Made by a program: the position numbers and the translations under genes. From Burkholderiaceae bacterium (GTDB lineage: Bacteria > Pseudomonadota > Gammaproteobacteria > Burkholderiales > Burkholderiaceae_E), in contig JAHEMI010000001.1 of the NCBI GenBank assembly GCA_024643785.1, positions 1 through 62,975 of the forward strand: DNA of 62,975 nt. The letters run 5' to 3'. This document shows positions 20,134 through 30,586 of the stretch, piece by piece. Positions within the stretch are counted from its first letter, which is position 1. Every line of letters starts with the position of its first letter. The notes under the pieces were generated by a model. The model did no database searches and was not told the DNA's origin. It saw only the letters and a list, made by a program, of their open reading frames with translations.

Positions 20134-21780
20134 GTGCTGCTGAGCCTGCGACTGCGCGACTTCGTCATCGTGGATGCCGCCGAGTTCGATCTCGGCAACG
20201 GGTTCACCGTGTTCTCGGGAGAGACTGGCGCCGGCAAGTCGATCCTTATCGACGCGCTGCAGCTGGCCCTGGGCGGACGCGCCGACGCGGGCTACGTGCG
20301 CGAAGGGGCCGCGCGCGCTGACATCTGCGCCGAATTCGCCACCGATGCCGCGATCGACGAATGGCTGGCCGAACACGCGCTCAGCGGCGACGGTGCGATG
20401 CTGCAGATGCGCCGGGTGATCGAGGCCGACGGGCGCTCGCGGGCGCTGATCAACGCGATGCCGGCCACCGCCGCATTGCAGCGCGAACTCGGCGAGCGGC
20501 TGGTCGACATCCACGGCCAGCACGAGGCCCAATCGCTGATGCGCGGCAACGGTCAGCGCGAAAGACTCGATGCCTGCGGGGCACTGCAGGACCTGGCCGC
20601 GGCAACCGCCGCCGCCCACGCGAGCTGGCAGGCGGCGGCCGCGCAGCTCGCTGCCGCCGAGTCGCTCGAGCGCGGTGCGCTGCTCGAGCGCGAACACCTC
20701 GCCTGGCAGGTCGATGAACTCGCGGCCCTGGCCATGGAGCCGGGAGAGTGGGACGAACTCAACGACGAGCAGCGCCGCCTGGCGCACGCCGCCGCGCTGA
20801 TCGAAGGAGCGCAGGGGGCGGTCGCAATGCTCGCCGACGGCGACCAACCGCTCGGCTCGACGCTCGCGCAGCTGGTTCAACGGCTACGCGCGCTCAGCGA
20901 ATACGACCCGCGGCTCGGCGCTGCGCTCGAGATGCTCGAGACAGCGGCGATCAACATCGATGAAGCGGTCTCGGAGCTCGGCTCCTACGCCGAACGGATC
21001 GACCTCGATCCGCAACGCCTCGACGAGATCGAACGCCGCATCGGCGCCATATTCGCGGCCGCACGCAAGTTCAGGCTCGCGCCCGAGGCGATCCCCGCCG
21101 AACTCGCAACGCTCAGCGACCGGCTCGAGCAACTGACCGCGGCCCAGGACCTCGCGGCGCTGCGGGCCCGGGAGCTGGCGACCAGGGACGAACACCGTGC
21201 CCGCTGTGCCGATCTTTCGGCGCGGCGCCGCGCCGCGGCTGCCGAGCTCGCCAGCGCGGTGACCGCACAGTTGACGACCCTGGGCATGGCCGGCGGCCGG
21301 CTCGAGGTACTGCTCGAGGAAGTGGAACCGGGGCCAAACGGAGCCGAGCGGGTCGAATTCCGCATTGCCGCGCACGCCGGGGCGAGTCCGCGGGCGCTGG
21401 CGAAGATCGCCTCGGGAGGTGAACTTTCGCGAATCGGGCTGGCGATCGCAGTAATTTCGGCACAAGCCAATCCGGTGCCGACGCTGATCTTCGACGAGGC
21501 CGATGCCGGCGTCGGCGGCGCGGTGGCCGAGGTGATCGGCACCCTGATGCGCCGCCTCGGCGCCGAGCGTCAGGTCCTCAGCGTCACCCACCTGCCGCAA
21601 GTCGCCGCCCAGGCAAACCAGCATTTCCTCGTCACCAAGGAGGAAACCGGTGGCCGCGCGCACTGTACGGTCACGGCACTCGAACGCCAGCAGCGCGTCG
21701 AGGAAATTGCCCGGATGCTCGGTGGCGTCGAGATCACAGCCACGACCAGGGCCCACGCCCGCGAACTGCTGGCGGGCTGA
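20134..21780 (+). CDS. recN: DNA repair protein RecN
   Basis: GTG at 20134 preceded by GGGGGAG. VLLSLRLRDFVIVD..FSGETGAGKSILIDAL Walker A, coiled-coil middle and C-terminal SGGELSRI signature. The track ORF from 19954 is an upstream extension. Confidence 0.93.
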   Translation: MLLSLRLRDFVIVDAAEFDLGNGFTVFSGETGAGKSILIDALQLALGGRADAGYVREGAARADICAEFATDAAIDEWLAEHALSGDGAMLQMRRVIEADGRSRALINAMPATAALQRELGERLVDIHGQHEAQSLMRGNGQRERLDACGALQDLAAATAAAHASWQAAAAQLAAAESLERGALLEREHLAWQVDELAALAMEPGEWDELNDEQRRLAHAAALIEGAQGAVAMLADGDQPLGSTLAQLVQRLRALSEYDPRLGAALEMLETAAINIDEAVSELGSYAERIDLDPQRLDEIERRIGAIFAAARKFRLAPEAIPAELATLSDRLEQLTAAQDLAALRARELATRDEHRARCADLSARRRAAAAELASAVTAQLTTLGMAGGRLEVLLEEVEPGPNGAERVEFRIAAHAGASPRALAKIASGGELSRIGLAIAVISAQANPVPTLIFDEADAGVGGAVAEVIGTLMRRLGAERQVLSVTHLPQVAAQANQHFLVTKEETGGRAHCTVTALERQQRVEEIARMLGGVEITATTRAHARELLAG

Positions 21781-21816
21781 GCCACGGTCGCCCGGCAGCG
21801 GCCCGGCGCACGGCGC

Positions 21817-22245
21817 TCAGGCCTTGCGATGGGAACAGTTCTTGCGGACGCAGTTGGCGTAGAGCGAGAGCCCGTGTTCCTGCAACTCGAAACCCCGGGA
21901 TCGGGCGATCTCGCGCTGCCGGCGCTCGATTTCCTGGTCGACAAACTCCTCGACCCGGCCGCAATCGAGGCACACCAGGTGATCGTGGTGGCTGCCTTCG
22001 TCGAGTTCGTAGATCGCCTTGGAGGACTCGAAGCTGTTGCGCCGCAGGATCCCGGCCTGCTCGAACTGGGTCAGCACCCGGTAGATCGTGGCCAACGCGA
22101 TTTCCTGGCCGCTGCCGAGCAGTTCCCGGTAGACGTCCTCGGCGCTGAGGTGGCGCTGACCCATGGTCTGGAAAACCTCGAGGATCTTCAACCGCGGCAG
22201 CGTGGCCTTCAGTCCCAGGTTCCTGAGTTCGTCAGGGGTAGACAT
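21817..22245 (-). CDS. fur: Ferric uptake regulator Fur
   Basis: LKATLPRLKILEVF.., HHDHLVCLDCG..EF and a C-terminal Cys pair. ATG at 22243-22245. Confidence 0.93.
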   Translation of the reverse strand: MSTPDELRNLGLKATLPRLKILEVFQTMGQRHLSAEDVYRELLGSGQEIALATIYRVLTQFEQAGILRRNSFESSKAIYELDEGSHHDHLVCLDCGRVEEFVDQEIERRQREIARSRGFELQEHGLSLYANCVRKNCSHRKA

Positions 22246-22316
22246 TGCGTGGACCCTCTTTACTTGCGGCACTAGGCCTTATCATATCGGTTTTGCCCCG
22301 AAACCCCGGTATAACG

Positions 22317-22760
22317 ATGACCCTGATTCGCGATCATTCGCCATCCGTTGGCACCAGCCGCCGGCTCGCGCTGCTCGTCTGCATTTGCGCGGCGACGCTC
22401 GCCGGCTGTGCGACGCGGGGCACGACCAGCAGCGGAATCTTCGAGCCTTACCGCACGGACCTGCCGCAAGGCAACTACCTGACCAGCGAAATGCTGTCGC
22501 GGGTGCAGCCGGGGATGACCAAGGCCGCGGTCCGGTTGACGCTCGGCACCCCGCTGCTCAACGAAATGTTCCGCCCTGATCGCTGGATCTACGTCTTCCG
22601 CTACCAGCATCCGAATGGCGATTCCGTCAGCAGGCACGCCATCGTCTACTTCAAGGACGACCGGGTCGAACGCATCGAGGCCGACGACATGCCCAGCCGC
22701 GAGGACCCCAACGATCCGGCCCTGCCGGGCTTCCGGCCCAAGCCATCGAGGGTCCAGTGA
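22317..22760 (+). CDS. bamE: Outer membrane protein assembly factor BamE (SmpA/OmlA lipoprotein)
   Basis: Lipobox LAGC. BamE core ([38 protein letters not shown]). Classic divergent fur/bamE arrangement followed by dapB. Confidence 0.85.
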   Translation: MTLIRDHSPSVGTSRRLALLVCICAATLAGCATRGTTSSGIFEPYRTDLPQGNYLTSEMLSRVQPGMTKAAVRLTLGTPLLNEMFRPDRWIYVFRYQHPNGDSVSRHAIVYFKDDRVERIEADDMPSREDPNDPALPGFRPKPSRVQ

Positions 22761-23593
22761 GCGGCGCGGCCGCGGTTGGCAAGGCAGCGGCGCCGATCCG
22801 GGTAGCCGTCGCGGGCACCGGCGGCCGGATGGGCAAGATGCTCGTCGAGGCCGTCATCGACGCCCCCGACTGCCAACTGGCCGGGGCGCTCGAGATCCCT
22901 GGCTCTCCGGCGCTCGGCCGTGACGCCGGCGAGGCGATTGGCCGCACCACCGGCGTGGTCATTGGCGACGATCTCGGCGCCGCTCTGGCCAACGCCGACG
23001 TGCTCATCGACTTCACGCGACCGCAAGGCACTTTGCTGCACCTCGACGCCTGTGTCGCCGCCGGCGTGCGGATGGTGATCGGCACCACCGGATTCGACGC
23101 CGCCGGACGCGCTGCGATCGCGGCGGCGGCGCGCCGGATCGCAATCGTCAGTGCGCCGAACATGAGCGTGGGCGTGAACGTCACCCTCAAGCTGCTCGAA
23201 TTCGCGGCGCAGCACTTTGCCGAGGGTTACGACATCGAGATCATCGAGGCACACCATCGCCACAAGGTCGATGCGCCCTCGGGCACGGCCCTGCGCATGG
23301 GCGAGGTGGTGGCCAAGGCTCTCGGCCGCGATCTCGACAAGGTCGCGGTCTTTGCCCGTGAAGGCGTCACCGGCGAACGCGACCCGGCGGCGATCGGCTT
23401 CTCGGCGATTCGCGGCGGCGACATCGTCGGCGACCACACGGTGCTGTTTGCCGGCGATGGCGAGCGCATCGAAATCACCCACCGCTCGGCGAGCCGTCTC
23501 AGCTACGCGCTGGGCGCGCTGCGCGCCTGCCGATTTCTGGCCGCGCACAGCAGCGGGCTCTACGACATGCACGACGTCCTGGGCCTGAGCTGA
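22757..23593 (+). CDS. dapB: 4-hydroxy-tetrahydrodipicolinate reductase
   Basis: [13 protein letters not shown] Rossmann motif and [16 protein letters not shown]. The GTG start overlaps the bamE stop (GTGA). Confidence 0.93.
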   Translation: MSGAAAVGKAAAPIRVAVAGTGGRMGKMLVEAVIDAPDCQLAGALEIPGSPALGRDAGEAIGRTTGVVIGDDLGAALANADVLIDFTRPQGTLLHLDACVAAGVRMVIGTTGFDAAGRAAIAAAARRIAIVSAPNMSVGVNVTLKLLEFAAQHFAEGYDIEIIEAHHRHKVDAPSGTALRMGEVVAKALGRDLDKVAVFAREGVTGERDPAAIGFSAIRGGDIVGDHTVLFAGDGERIEITHRSASRLSYALGALRACRFLAAHSSGLYDMHDVLGLS

Positions 23594-23602
23594 CGCCCTT
23601 TC

Positions 23603-24499
23603 TCAGCGCGCCGCGTCGACCATTTCACACAACTGCTGGACCGCGTCGAGGATTCTCGGCCCGGGGCGCTGGATCGCCGAGGGCTCGAGATAGGAGAACC
23701 GCGCAAACCCGGCGGGGGCGATCGCGCCCAGGCGGCGCCAGCGAACGACGCTGTCGGGGTGGTCGGCGGCTACGATCAGGCGCGGTCGCGCTGCAAGTAC
23801 CGCCTCCTCGGTTACCTGCGGCGCCGCCAGCGCCGCCGATGCGAAGATGTTGCGCGCGCCGCATACCCGCATGGCGTCGGCGGTGACGTCGCCGCTGCCC
23901 AGCGACACCAGCGGCCGCGCCCAGACCTGGTAGAAGACCGACACCGGCCGGCGGGCGCTGTAGCGTTGCTCGAGCCGGGCGAGCCGCTCACGAAAGGCCC
24001 GTGCCGCGGCGCCGGCGTCTTGCGGCTGATCGCTGATGGCCGCGAACCGCTCGATGGTGCCGGCGACGTCGGCGAGGGTGCGCGGATCGGATACGAACAC
24101 CGCGATGCCCGCCCGCTCCACCCGCTCGACCCAGCTGCGCGATATTCCCGGCGCCCAGACCATCACCCACTGCGCGCGCAGTGCCAGCAGACGCTCGGGA
24201 CCGGGCGGCGGGTATGCCCGGATGTGCTCGATCGCCGCCACCTCATCTGGATAATCGCTGTTGGCGTCGATCGCGATGACCTGGCCCAGAACCCCGGCGG
24301 CCGCCAGCGACTCGGTCAGATGAGGCGCCAGGGCGACGATGCGGGTCGGGCGGGGTAACGTCGGCAACACCCGGCCCCAATCGTCGCGCAACTCGGCGCT
24401 GGCCGGGGCCGGCTCGGCCTGCGCCGCCGCCCAGAGCCCGGCGCACAGCGCCAGGACCACTGCCCGGCACCAGAGAGCGAGCGCGGCCCGGTTCTTCAC
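23603..24499 (-). CDS. btuF: Periplasmic cobalamin/siderophore-type ABC substrate-binding protein (BtuF-like)
   Basis: Signal peptide (..LWAAAQA). PBP type-8 pattern RIVALAPHLTESLAAAG. The GTG start overlaps the btuB stop (GTGA). The symbol is assigned from its context behind the B12 riboswitch and btuB. Confidence 0.7.
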   Translation of the reverse strand: MKNRAALALWCRAVVLALCAGLWAAAQAEPAPASAELRDDWGRVLPTLPRPTRIVALAPHLTESLAAAGVLGQVIAIDANSDYPDEVAAIEHIRAYPPPGPERLLALRAQWVMVWAPGISRSWVERVERAGIAVFVSDPRTLADVAGTIERFAAISDQPQDAGAAARAFRERLARLEQRYSARRPVSVFYQVWARPLVSLGSGDVTADAMRVCGARNIFASAALAAPQVTEEAVLAARPRLIVAADHPDSVVRWRRLGAIAPAGFARFSYLEPSAIQRPGPRILDAVQQLCEMVDAAR

Positions 24500-26340
24500 G
24501 GCGTGCCGGCGAAACGCAACCCGAGCATCAGCTGCCGCGGCGCTGACGCGTAGCCCGAAGCGCTCTGGTACGAGCGATCCCCGAGGTTGGTCGCCCGTGC
24601 GAACACTTCCCAGTCCCGCGCCAGGGCCCAGGACGCATCGAGGTTGAGTACTGCATAGCCGCCCATTGCAGCGCCGTCACTGTCGACCCGCCGCCCCTGC
24701 GTCACCAGTTCCCCATCAAGTCGCCAGCCGTGACCATGCCAGCTCGCCCCGAGTGTCCCGTAGCGGCGCGCGCGCCGGGCGAGTTCGCCGCTGTGCTGCT
24801 CGCCGGTGACGGGATCGGTCCACCTGCCCTCCGGGTCCTGGATCGTGATCGCAGCGCGCAGGACCAGCGCACCGATCGCGTGGCGCGCGTCGGCGCTGAC
24901 CCCGCGGACCCTGGTCGAGGCGAGGTTCTGCGGCACGAAATCACTGTCGAGCTCGATCGCATCGCGAATCCGGCTGGCAAACAGCGAGGTCCGCACGGTA
25001 CTGGCCTGGTAGCGATAGTCGGCGCCAAATTCCCAACCCAGCGAACGCTCCGGGCGCAACGCCGGGTTGGCGCCAAATGGGCTGTAGAGGTCGTCGAAGG
25101 TCGGCGCCCGGAAGGCGCTGCCGACGCTCGCGCGCAAGCGCCAATGATCGCTGGCGCGCCAGCCGTAGGCGAGCGTCCCCGAGGTCTGGGCGCCCACGCT
25201 GCCGATGTCGTCGCGCCGCACGTTTACCCGCAGCGAATGGGCGGCGCGTTCGAGTTCGTAGCCCACATAGCCCGAGCGCGTTGCGCGATCATCGCGCACG
25301 TAGGCATAGTCCCCGGTGGTGACCCCCGAGCCCGCGATTTTCTGGTGCAGGTGTTCGAGCCCGAAGAGCAGCGAACCCGCATCGATGGCGTAGCTGTTCT
25401 GCCAGGTGATCGTCCGGGAGCTGGTGCGCGGCGCAAACGAGAACGCCGCATAGTCGTAGTCGATGGCGGTGCTGCCGAGGCGCAGCGTGCTATCCCAGGC
25501 AGCGTTCGGGTGCAGGCGCGCGAATGCCGTGAGCGCATCGCTGCGGAAAGTCAGTTCGGCACTTGCGGGCGTCGACCAGGGATCATCGTAGGCGGTCCGT
25601 CCGCGGGTGGTGCGCGCATCGAAGCCGATCTCCACCTGTTCCGAAAAGCGGTGGGCAAAGCCAGCCGCAAAACTGTCGCGCCGGCTCTGGTCACGATCGG
25701 CCTGGTAGTTGACCGATCCCGGCACGGTGGCATCGAAGCCGTCGGTCCGGTCGTGGCTCGCCGAGAAGTTCCAGCGGCTGCTGGCGCTGCGCGCCGACAA
25801 CCCCGCACTGACCGCGGCGGTACCGAGCGACCCGGCCGAAACCGAAGCTTCCCGGCGGGTGCCGGTCCCGTAGCCGCCGGCAGCGTCGCGGGTGAAGATC
25901 TGGATCACGCCACCGATTGCTCCCGACCCGTAGAGCGACGACATCGGGCCCTTGACGATTTCGATCCGTTCAATGCTGGCGATCGGGATGAATTCCAGAT
26001 TGGCGCCGCCGCTGGTAGGATTTTCCAGGCGCACGCCATCGACCAGCACCAGGGTCTGCGCGGTACGGCTGCCGCGCAGGAACACCCCGGTCAGCCCGGC
26101 GACACCGCCATTTTGCGAGGTCTCGACCCCGGCAATGGTGCGCAGCAACTCCGCCAGGCTTGCTGCTCCCGAGCGTTCGATCGCGTCGCGCCCGATCACG
26201 GTCACGTCGGCGAGCACGGCTTCGAGCGGCTCCTCGGTCCTGGTTGCGGTGACCACTATCTCCGGGACTGGCTGCGCGCCCGCGACCATGGCATTGAGCG
26301 CCAGCGATGCGGCAGCGATACTTTTCACAATGGAAGACAT
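24496..26340 (-). CDS. btuB: TonB-dependent outer-membrane receptor, vitamin B12 transporter BtuB-like
   Basis: Start MSSIVKSIAAASLALNAMVAGA (signal). TonB box-like EIVVTATR, plug domain, and a terminal beta-barrel ending ..GLRFAGTP. Lies downstream of a cobalamin riboswitch. Confidence 0.88.
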   Translation of the reverse strand: MSSIVKSIAAASLALNAMVAGAQPVPEIVVTATRTEEPLEAVLADVTVIGRDAIERSGAASLAELLRTIAGVETSQNGGVAGLTGVFLRGSRTAQTLVLVDGVRLENPTSGGANLEFIPIASIERIEIVKGPMSSLYGSGAIGGVIQIFTRDAAGGYGTGTRREASVSAGSLGTAAVSAGLSARSASSRWNFSASHDRTDGFDATVPGSVNYQADRDQSRRDSFAAGFAHRFSEQVEIGFDARTTRGRTAYDDPWSTPASAELTFRSDALTAFARLHPNAAWDSTLRLGSTAIDYDYAAFSFAPRTSSRTITWQNSYAIDAGSLLFGLEHLHQKIAGSGVTTGDYAYVRDDRATRSGYVGYELERAAHSLRVNVRRDDIGSVGAQTSGTLAYGWRASDHWRLRASVGSAFRAPTFDDLYSPFGANPALRPERSLGWEFGADYRYQASTVRTSLFASRIRDAIELDSDFVPQNLASTRVRGVSADARHAIGALVLRAAITIQDPEGRWTDPVTGEQHSGELARRARRYGTLGASWHGHGWRLDGELVTQGRRVDSDGAAMGGYAVLNLDASWALARDWEVFARATNLGDRSYQSASGYASAPRQLMLGLRFAGTP

Positions 26341-26434
26341 CGACTTTCTCCGCCGCGCCGCTGGCGCCGTCTGAAGGCAGCCTCCGGGCAGCATGATCGC
26401 GCGGCACCCGCCGTGACGCGCAAACTGCGAAAAA

Positions 26435-26484
26435 GGATGGCTTCCGCGCACTCACCTGCAGCAAGTAGCCCGGATCGGCCATCC
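26435..26484 (-). terminator. Candidate riboswitch expression-platform terminator
   Basis: On the minus strand GGATGGC...(about 36 nt)...GCCATCC is followed by UUUUU, between the B12 box and the btuB RBS (GGAG). Confidence 0.4.
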
Positions 26485-26768
26485 ACCCTCTCGGCCGGTC
26501 TCCGGGCTTGCGGTCCGTGACTTGCGTTCGAGCGAACGCAGCGCACGACTGCGCGCATCGCCTTCCCGGATGACATGCCCTGCCCGGTCTCCTACTGCAC
26601 CGAGGACATGCTCTCCAGTGGCTGCGAGATGCGCGTGCGCGGACCTTGATCCGCGCGACCGCTTACCGTTGCGGGGGCAGCACAGGTTGGCTGGTGCCAC
26701 TGGCCGTGGCGCAGCTTCCTGTTTCCCGTTTAAGCGCGCACCGGGATTGCGTGCGCGTCACCGAAAGC
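26480..26768 (-). promoter_or_regulatory. Cobalamin (AdoCbl) riboswitch in the btuB leader
   Basis: Minus strand contains, in canonical order, AAACGGGAA, GCUGCCCCCGCAACGGUAAGCGG, GCCACUGG, CCGGGAAGGCG and the B12 box AGCCCGGAGACCGGCC (plus-strand 26493-26508). Confidence 0.85.
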
Positions 26769-26774
26769 GGATCG

Positions 26775-26780
26775 ATTATA
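26775..26780 (-). promoter_or_regulatory. Possible -10 box (TATAAT) for the riboswitch-btuB transcript
   Basis: A perfect TATAAT on the minus strand immediately upstream of the riboswitch and 9 nt after the dsbD stop. No convincing -35 element. Confidence 0.4.
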
Positions 26781-26788
26781 GCCTTTGG

Positions 26789-29158
26789 TCACCGCGCCGG
26801 CACGGCGGCCAGCGCCTCCATGACGACGCCGACCGTGAGAATCTCGGGCAGCACCCGGGGCTGGGCTTCGCCGGGAATGTAAAGGAGATAGAGCGGCACC
26901 CCGTTGCGGCCGTGTCGTGCCAGTTCGGCGGTGATCACCGGATCGGTCCGGGTCCAGTCAGCACGCAACATCTTCACGCCCAGGCGCCTGAATTCGGCAC
27001 TGACCGCAGCGCGATCGAGGACAACCTTCTCGTTGACCTTGCAGGAAACGCACCAGTCAGCGGTGAAATCGACGAAGACCGCGTGCCCCGACTCGAGCCC
27101 ACTGGCCACCGCGGCTTGCGACCACGGCTGCCACTCGATGGCGCCAGCGCCGGCGCCCTGGCCGGCAGCTGGCTCGGCGACGGGACGCGCCGACCACAGG
27201 CCGGTCGCCAGCAACGCGACTGCCACGAGCGTGAGCAGCGCGCGGCGCGCCCCCGGCGGGCCGCCACTGCCGAGCTGCACGAAGCGTCCGAAGATCCAGG
27301 CCGCGAGCGCCACCAGCACGGCCCCGAGCGCCAGCCCGAACACCGCATCGATATCGGTCTGGCGCCCCAGCACCCAGGCCAGCCACGCAGCCGTGGCATA
27401 CATCGGGAAAGCCAGCAGTTCCTTGAAGGTCTCCATCCAGCGGCCCGGCTTGGGCAACAGGCGCAGCCAGCCCGGAAAGATACCGAGCAGCACGTAGGGC
27501 AGCGCCATCCCCACACCGAGCGCGGTAAAGACCGCCAGCGCGGCGGGCGCCGGCTGGCTCAGGGTGAACCCCAGCGCCGAGCCCATGAACGGCGCCGAGC
27601 ACGGCGTAGCCACCAGCACCGCCAGCACCCCGGATCCAAACGAGGAGAGCACCCGGTGACGCGCATACGGCTCGTCCTCGAGGAGATGGGCTTCGACCTC
27701 ACCGAGACGGGTGAGGCTGCCGCCGAACTCGAAGACGCCGGAGAAATTCAGTCCGACCAGCAGGAAGAGCAGCGCCATCCAGGCCACGAACCCCGGCGAC
27801 TGGAGCTGGAACCCCCAGCCCGCCGCCTCGCCTACCGAGCGCAGCGCCAGCAGCAGCCCGGCCAGCAGCCAGAATGACACCAGCACGCCCAGCGCGAACC
27901 AGATAGCGCCCTGGCGCAACCTGCGCCGCTGACCGGCGCCCAGCACGCCGCCCGGACCAGCGCCGTGTCCGGCGAAACCGAGCAGCTTGAAGCCAACGAC
28001 CGGGAAGACACACGGCATCAGGTTGAGAATCACGCCGCCGACCAGCGCAAACAACAGCGCCAGCGCCAGCGTGGTCGTGGCCAGCGGCGTAGCTCCCGGC
28101 GACAATGCCGCGGGCGCAGTGCCGTATCCGGTGCCCAGCGGCACGCCGGGAGCAGAGTTTGCCCGGCTCGCGCCACCGCCAAGGCCGGCGCCCTCGAGCA
28201 GCCGCGCCACCAGGCCCTGGTCTGGTCCGAGGTCGCGTTCGCTCGCCGGCGACCCCGGCACGGTGGCAATTAGCTTGCCGGTTGCGGGCACGGCAGCTGC
28301 CGCCACGGGCTGGACTTCAAAGGGCCGGCCATCGAGGATCAGCACTCCCTCGGCGGCGGCCAGCGGTCCCTGGGGTGACACGGGGCGCGCGGTGGCAGGT
28401 GCCCCGGGGATCGTCGGGAGCACTTCGTCCTTGGCGCGCTCGACTTCGAGCCGCAGCGTGCCAGCGTCGTCGCGGTAGAGGCGCTGGGGCGCGGCGTTGG
28501 CGATCACCCCTTCAAGGTAGGGAAAGAATTCGGCATAACCAACCGCGGCGCCGCCGGCATTTCCTGCAAAACCAAGTGACAGCCGGCCGCCGCTCTCGCT
28601 CACGGTTACCGGCACGGCACTGGTTGGCGTGCGCGCGCGCATCGCCTTGAACAGTGCCGCGAACCGGGATTCCCCAGGCGTGCCGCTGCGCTGGATCGGC
28701 AGGACCAGGGCGAGCGTCGCCTCGCCGGGAACGCAGACCTCGCGGCAAACCAGCCAGGAGGCCTTGGCGACAATGCGCACCGACTCGCCGGCCAGCTTTG
28801 CTGGCACCGTCAGCGTCAGTGGCAGCACCACCTCGCCGTCGTAGCCGTAGTTGGCCAGCGGCGGGATGAACAGCCGCTTGGGCGCCGGCCATTCGATCGG
28901 TCCGGCCGTGAAGCCGGCGGGCAGTTCGAGCTCGATGCGCGTCGGCAGCCCCGAATCACCGGGATTGCGCCAGTAGGTGTGCCACTCGGGGTCGTGTTCC
29001 AGGCGCAGACCGATGTGTGCGCTCGCCCCGGGGACGATGGCGCTCTTCTCGGCGACCAGTTCGGCAACCACCGCGTCGACACGCTGGGATTGCGCGAACG
29101 CCGTGCCGGCCAGGATCGCAGCCAGCCAGATCGTCACTGCCACTCGTAGCATCTGCAC
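26789..29158 (-). CDS. dsbD: Thiol:disulfide interchange protein, DsbD/ScsB-type (N-terminal periplasmic domain, membrane core, C-terminal thioredoxin)
   Basis: Signal peptide. N-terminal motif HTYWRNPGDSGLPT. Membrane core with LNLMPCVFPV and ATPCSAPFM. C-terminal thioredoxin FVDFTADWCVSCK. Confidence 0.85.
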   Translation of the reverse strand: MQMLRVAVTIWLAAILAGTAFAQSQRVDAVVAELVAEKSAIVPGASAHIGLRLEHDPEWHTYWRNPGDSGLPTRIELELPAGFTAGPIEWPAPKRLFIPPLANYGYDGEVVLPLTLTVPAKLAGESVRIVAKASWLVCREVCVPGEATLALVLPIQRSGTPGESRFAALFKAMRARTPTSAVPVTVSESGGRLSLGFAGNAGGAAVGYAEFFPYLEGVIANAAPQRLYRDDAGTLRLEVERAKDEVLPTIPGAPATARPVSPQGPLAAAEGVLILDGRPFEVQPVAAAAVPATGKLIATVPGSPASERDLGPDQGLVARLLEGAGLGGGASRANSAPGVPLGTGYGTAPAALSPGATPLATTTLALALLFALVGGVILNLMPCVFPVVGFKLLGFAGHGAGPGGVLGAGQRRRLRQGAIWFALGVLVSFWLLAGLLLALRSVGEAAGWGFQLQSPGFVAWMALLFLLVGLNFSGVFEFGGSLTRLGEVEAHLLEDEPYARHRVLSSFGSGVLAVLVATPCSAPFMGSALGFTLSQPAPAALAVFTALGVGMALPYVLLGIFPGWLRLLPKPGRWMETFKELLAFPMYATAAWLAWVLGRQTDIDAVFGLALGAVLVALAAWIFGRFVQLGSGGPPGARRALLTLVAVALLATGLWSARPVAEPAAGQGAGAGAIEWQPWSQAAVASGLESGHAVFVDFTADWCVSCKVNEKVVLDRAAVSAEFRRLGVKMLRADWTRTDPVITAELARHGRNGVPLYLLYIPGEAQPRVLPEILTVGVVMEALAAVPAR

Positions 29159-29317
29159 GCGCGCTCCTCACGCGGTTTGCGAGCCGGTATTGTACGTTCC
29201 GCTCGCGGTGGCGCCGCTCAATGTCCCTGTCGATAGGGGCGAAAGCCGAGGCAACGGGCGGCTGCCGTCAGGCGGCCACAACTTGACCCCCGGGTGCGGT
29301 CTTCCTACCATGCAGGG

Positions 29318-29527
29318 ATGGACGAGGAAATCGACACTCTCGCGCAGCGCATCGACCGGATGGTCGCCCTGGCACGCCAGCTCACCGAGGAAAACCAGCG
29401 CCTGCGGGCGTTGCTCGAGGAAAACCGCGCCGCCGAACAGGAACTGCGCGAACGCATGGACGAGGCCCGCGCCCGTGTCGAGGCGGCGCTGTCGCGGCTG
29501 CCGGCGGCACCCGACGCGGCCCAATGA
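29318..29527 (+). CDS. Small coiled-coil protein (ZapB-like/TIGR02449-like) preceding zapA
   Basis: MDEEIDTLAQRIDRMVALARQLTEENQRLRALLEEN.. has heptad, coiled-coil character and conserved placement directly upstream of zapA. Start is ATG 29318, with an alternative GTG at 29294. Confidence 0.6.
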   Translation: MDEEIDTLAQRIDRMVALARQLTEENQRLRALLEENRAAEQELRERMDEARARVEAALSRLPAAPDAAQ

Positions 29528-29546
29528 AGACCACCAGAGCGCGCTA

Positions 29547-29849
29547 ATGGAGCAGATCGACGTCCACATCCTCGACCGCGAATACCGCCTTGCGGTCGAT
29601 CCCGATGACCGCGATCGCCTGCTGGAAGCATCGCGCCTGGTCGATGAGCGCATGCGCAGTATCCGCGAAACCGGCAAGGTCAAGGGAGCCGACCGGATCG
29701 CGGTGATGGCGGCGTTGCAGATCGCCAATGACCTGCTCAGTGCCGGCGCCAACGGGGGCGCCACGCCAGCGGCCAAGGCAGCCGCGCGCATCAAGCGCAT
29801 CAGTGAAGATCTCGAGGCGGAACTGCTGCGCCAGGAATCGCTGTTTTAA
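29547..29849 (+). CDS. zapA: Cell division protein ZapA
   Basis: MEQIDVHILDREYRLAVDPDDRDRLLEASRLVDERM..AVMAALQIANDL is a typical ZapA pattern. Confidence 0.85.
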   Translation: MEQIDVHILDREYRLAVDPDDRDRLLEASRLVDERMRSIRETGKVKGADRIAVMAALQIANDLLSAGANGGATPAAKAAARIKRISEDLEAELLRQESLF

Positions 29850-29885
29850 TCCTACGGCGGATGCGGTTGTGGCGTAGAATGGACT

Positions 29886-30060
29886 TGCCCTGCGGTGCTT
29901 GGAAGGTCATATATTCCTTGAACCAATATACGCATCGTGGTTGCGGTAATCGCGTGATGCTGTTGTGATCGTCCCTCGTTGGACGAACCTGATGCACCAC
30001 CCACTGTGACCAATCTGAACCGTCGGTTCAGGATGCTGGCCTCCTGACGCCGCCGGGGCA
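29886..30060 (+). ncRNA. ssrS: Probable 6S RNA
   Basis: Conserved position immediately downstream of zapA. About 175 nt, non-coding, with locally lower GC. The 5' UGCCCUGCGGUG can pair with the 3' CGCCGCCGGGGCA as a closing stem, and there is an internal hairpin CGUCC-CUCGUU-GGACG. TAGAAT at 29875-29880 is placed to start transcription near 29886. No covariance model was run. Confidence 0.6.
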
Positions 30061-30120
30061 CCCCATCCCTCTCCCGACTCGATAACCAGGCAAACAGGCG
30101 CGCGCCGGTTGCCCCATGCG

Positions 30121-30585
<465 letters not shown>

Positions 30586-30586
30586 G

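Noticed and set aside
22246-22316. Fur box in the fur/bamE divergent intergenic region (TTATCATATCGG).
   Set aside because: It matches only a fragment of the 19-bp GATAATGATAATCATTATC consensus, which is not enough for a call.
29283-29320. TTGACC-N17-TACCAT promoter-like string ending 6 nt before the ATG of the ZapB-like gene, which would imply a leaderless mRNA.
   Set aside because: It is a single weak match. An AGGG RBS-like sequence precedes the ATG, and an in-frame GTG lies upstream. A leaderless transcript cannot be argued without 5' end data.
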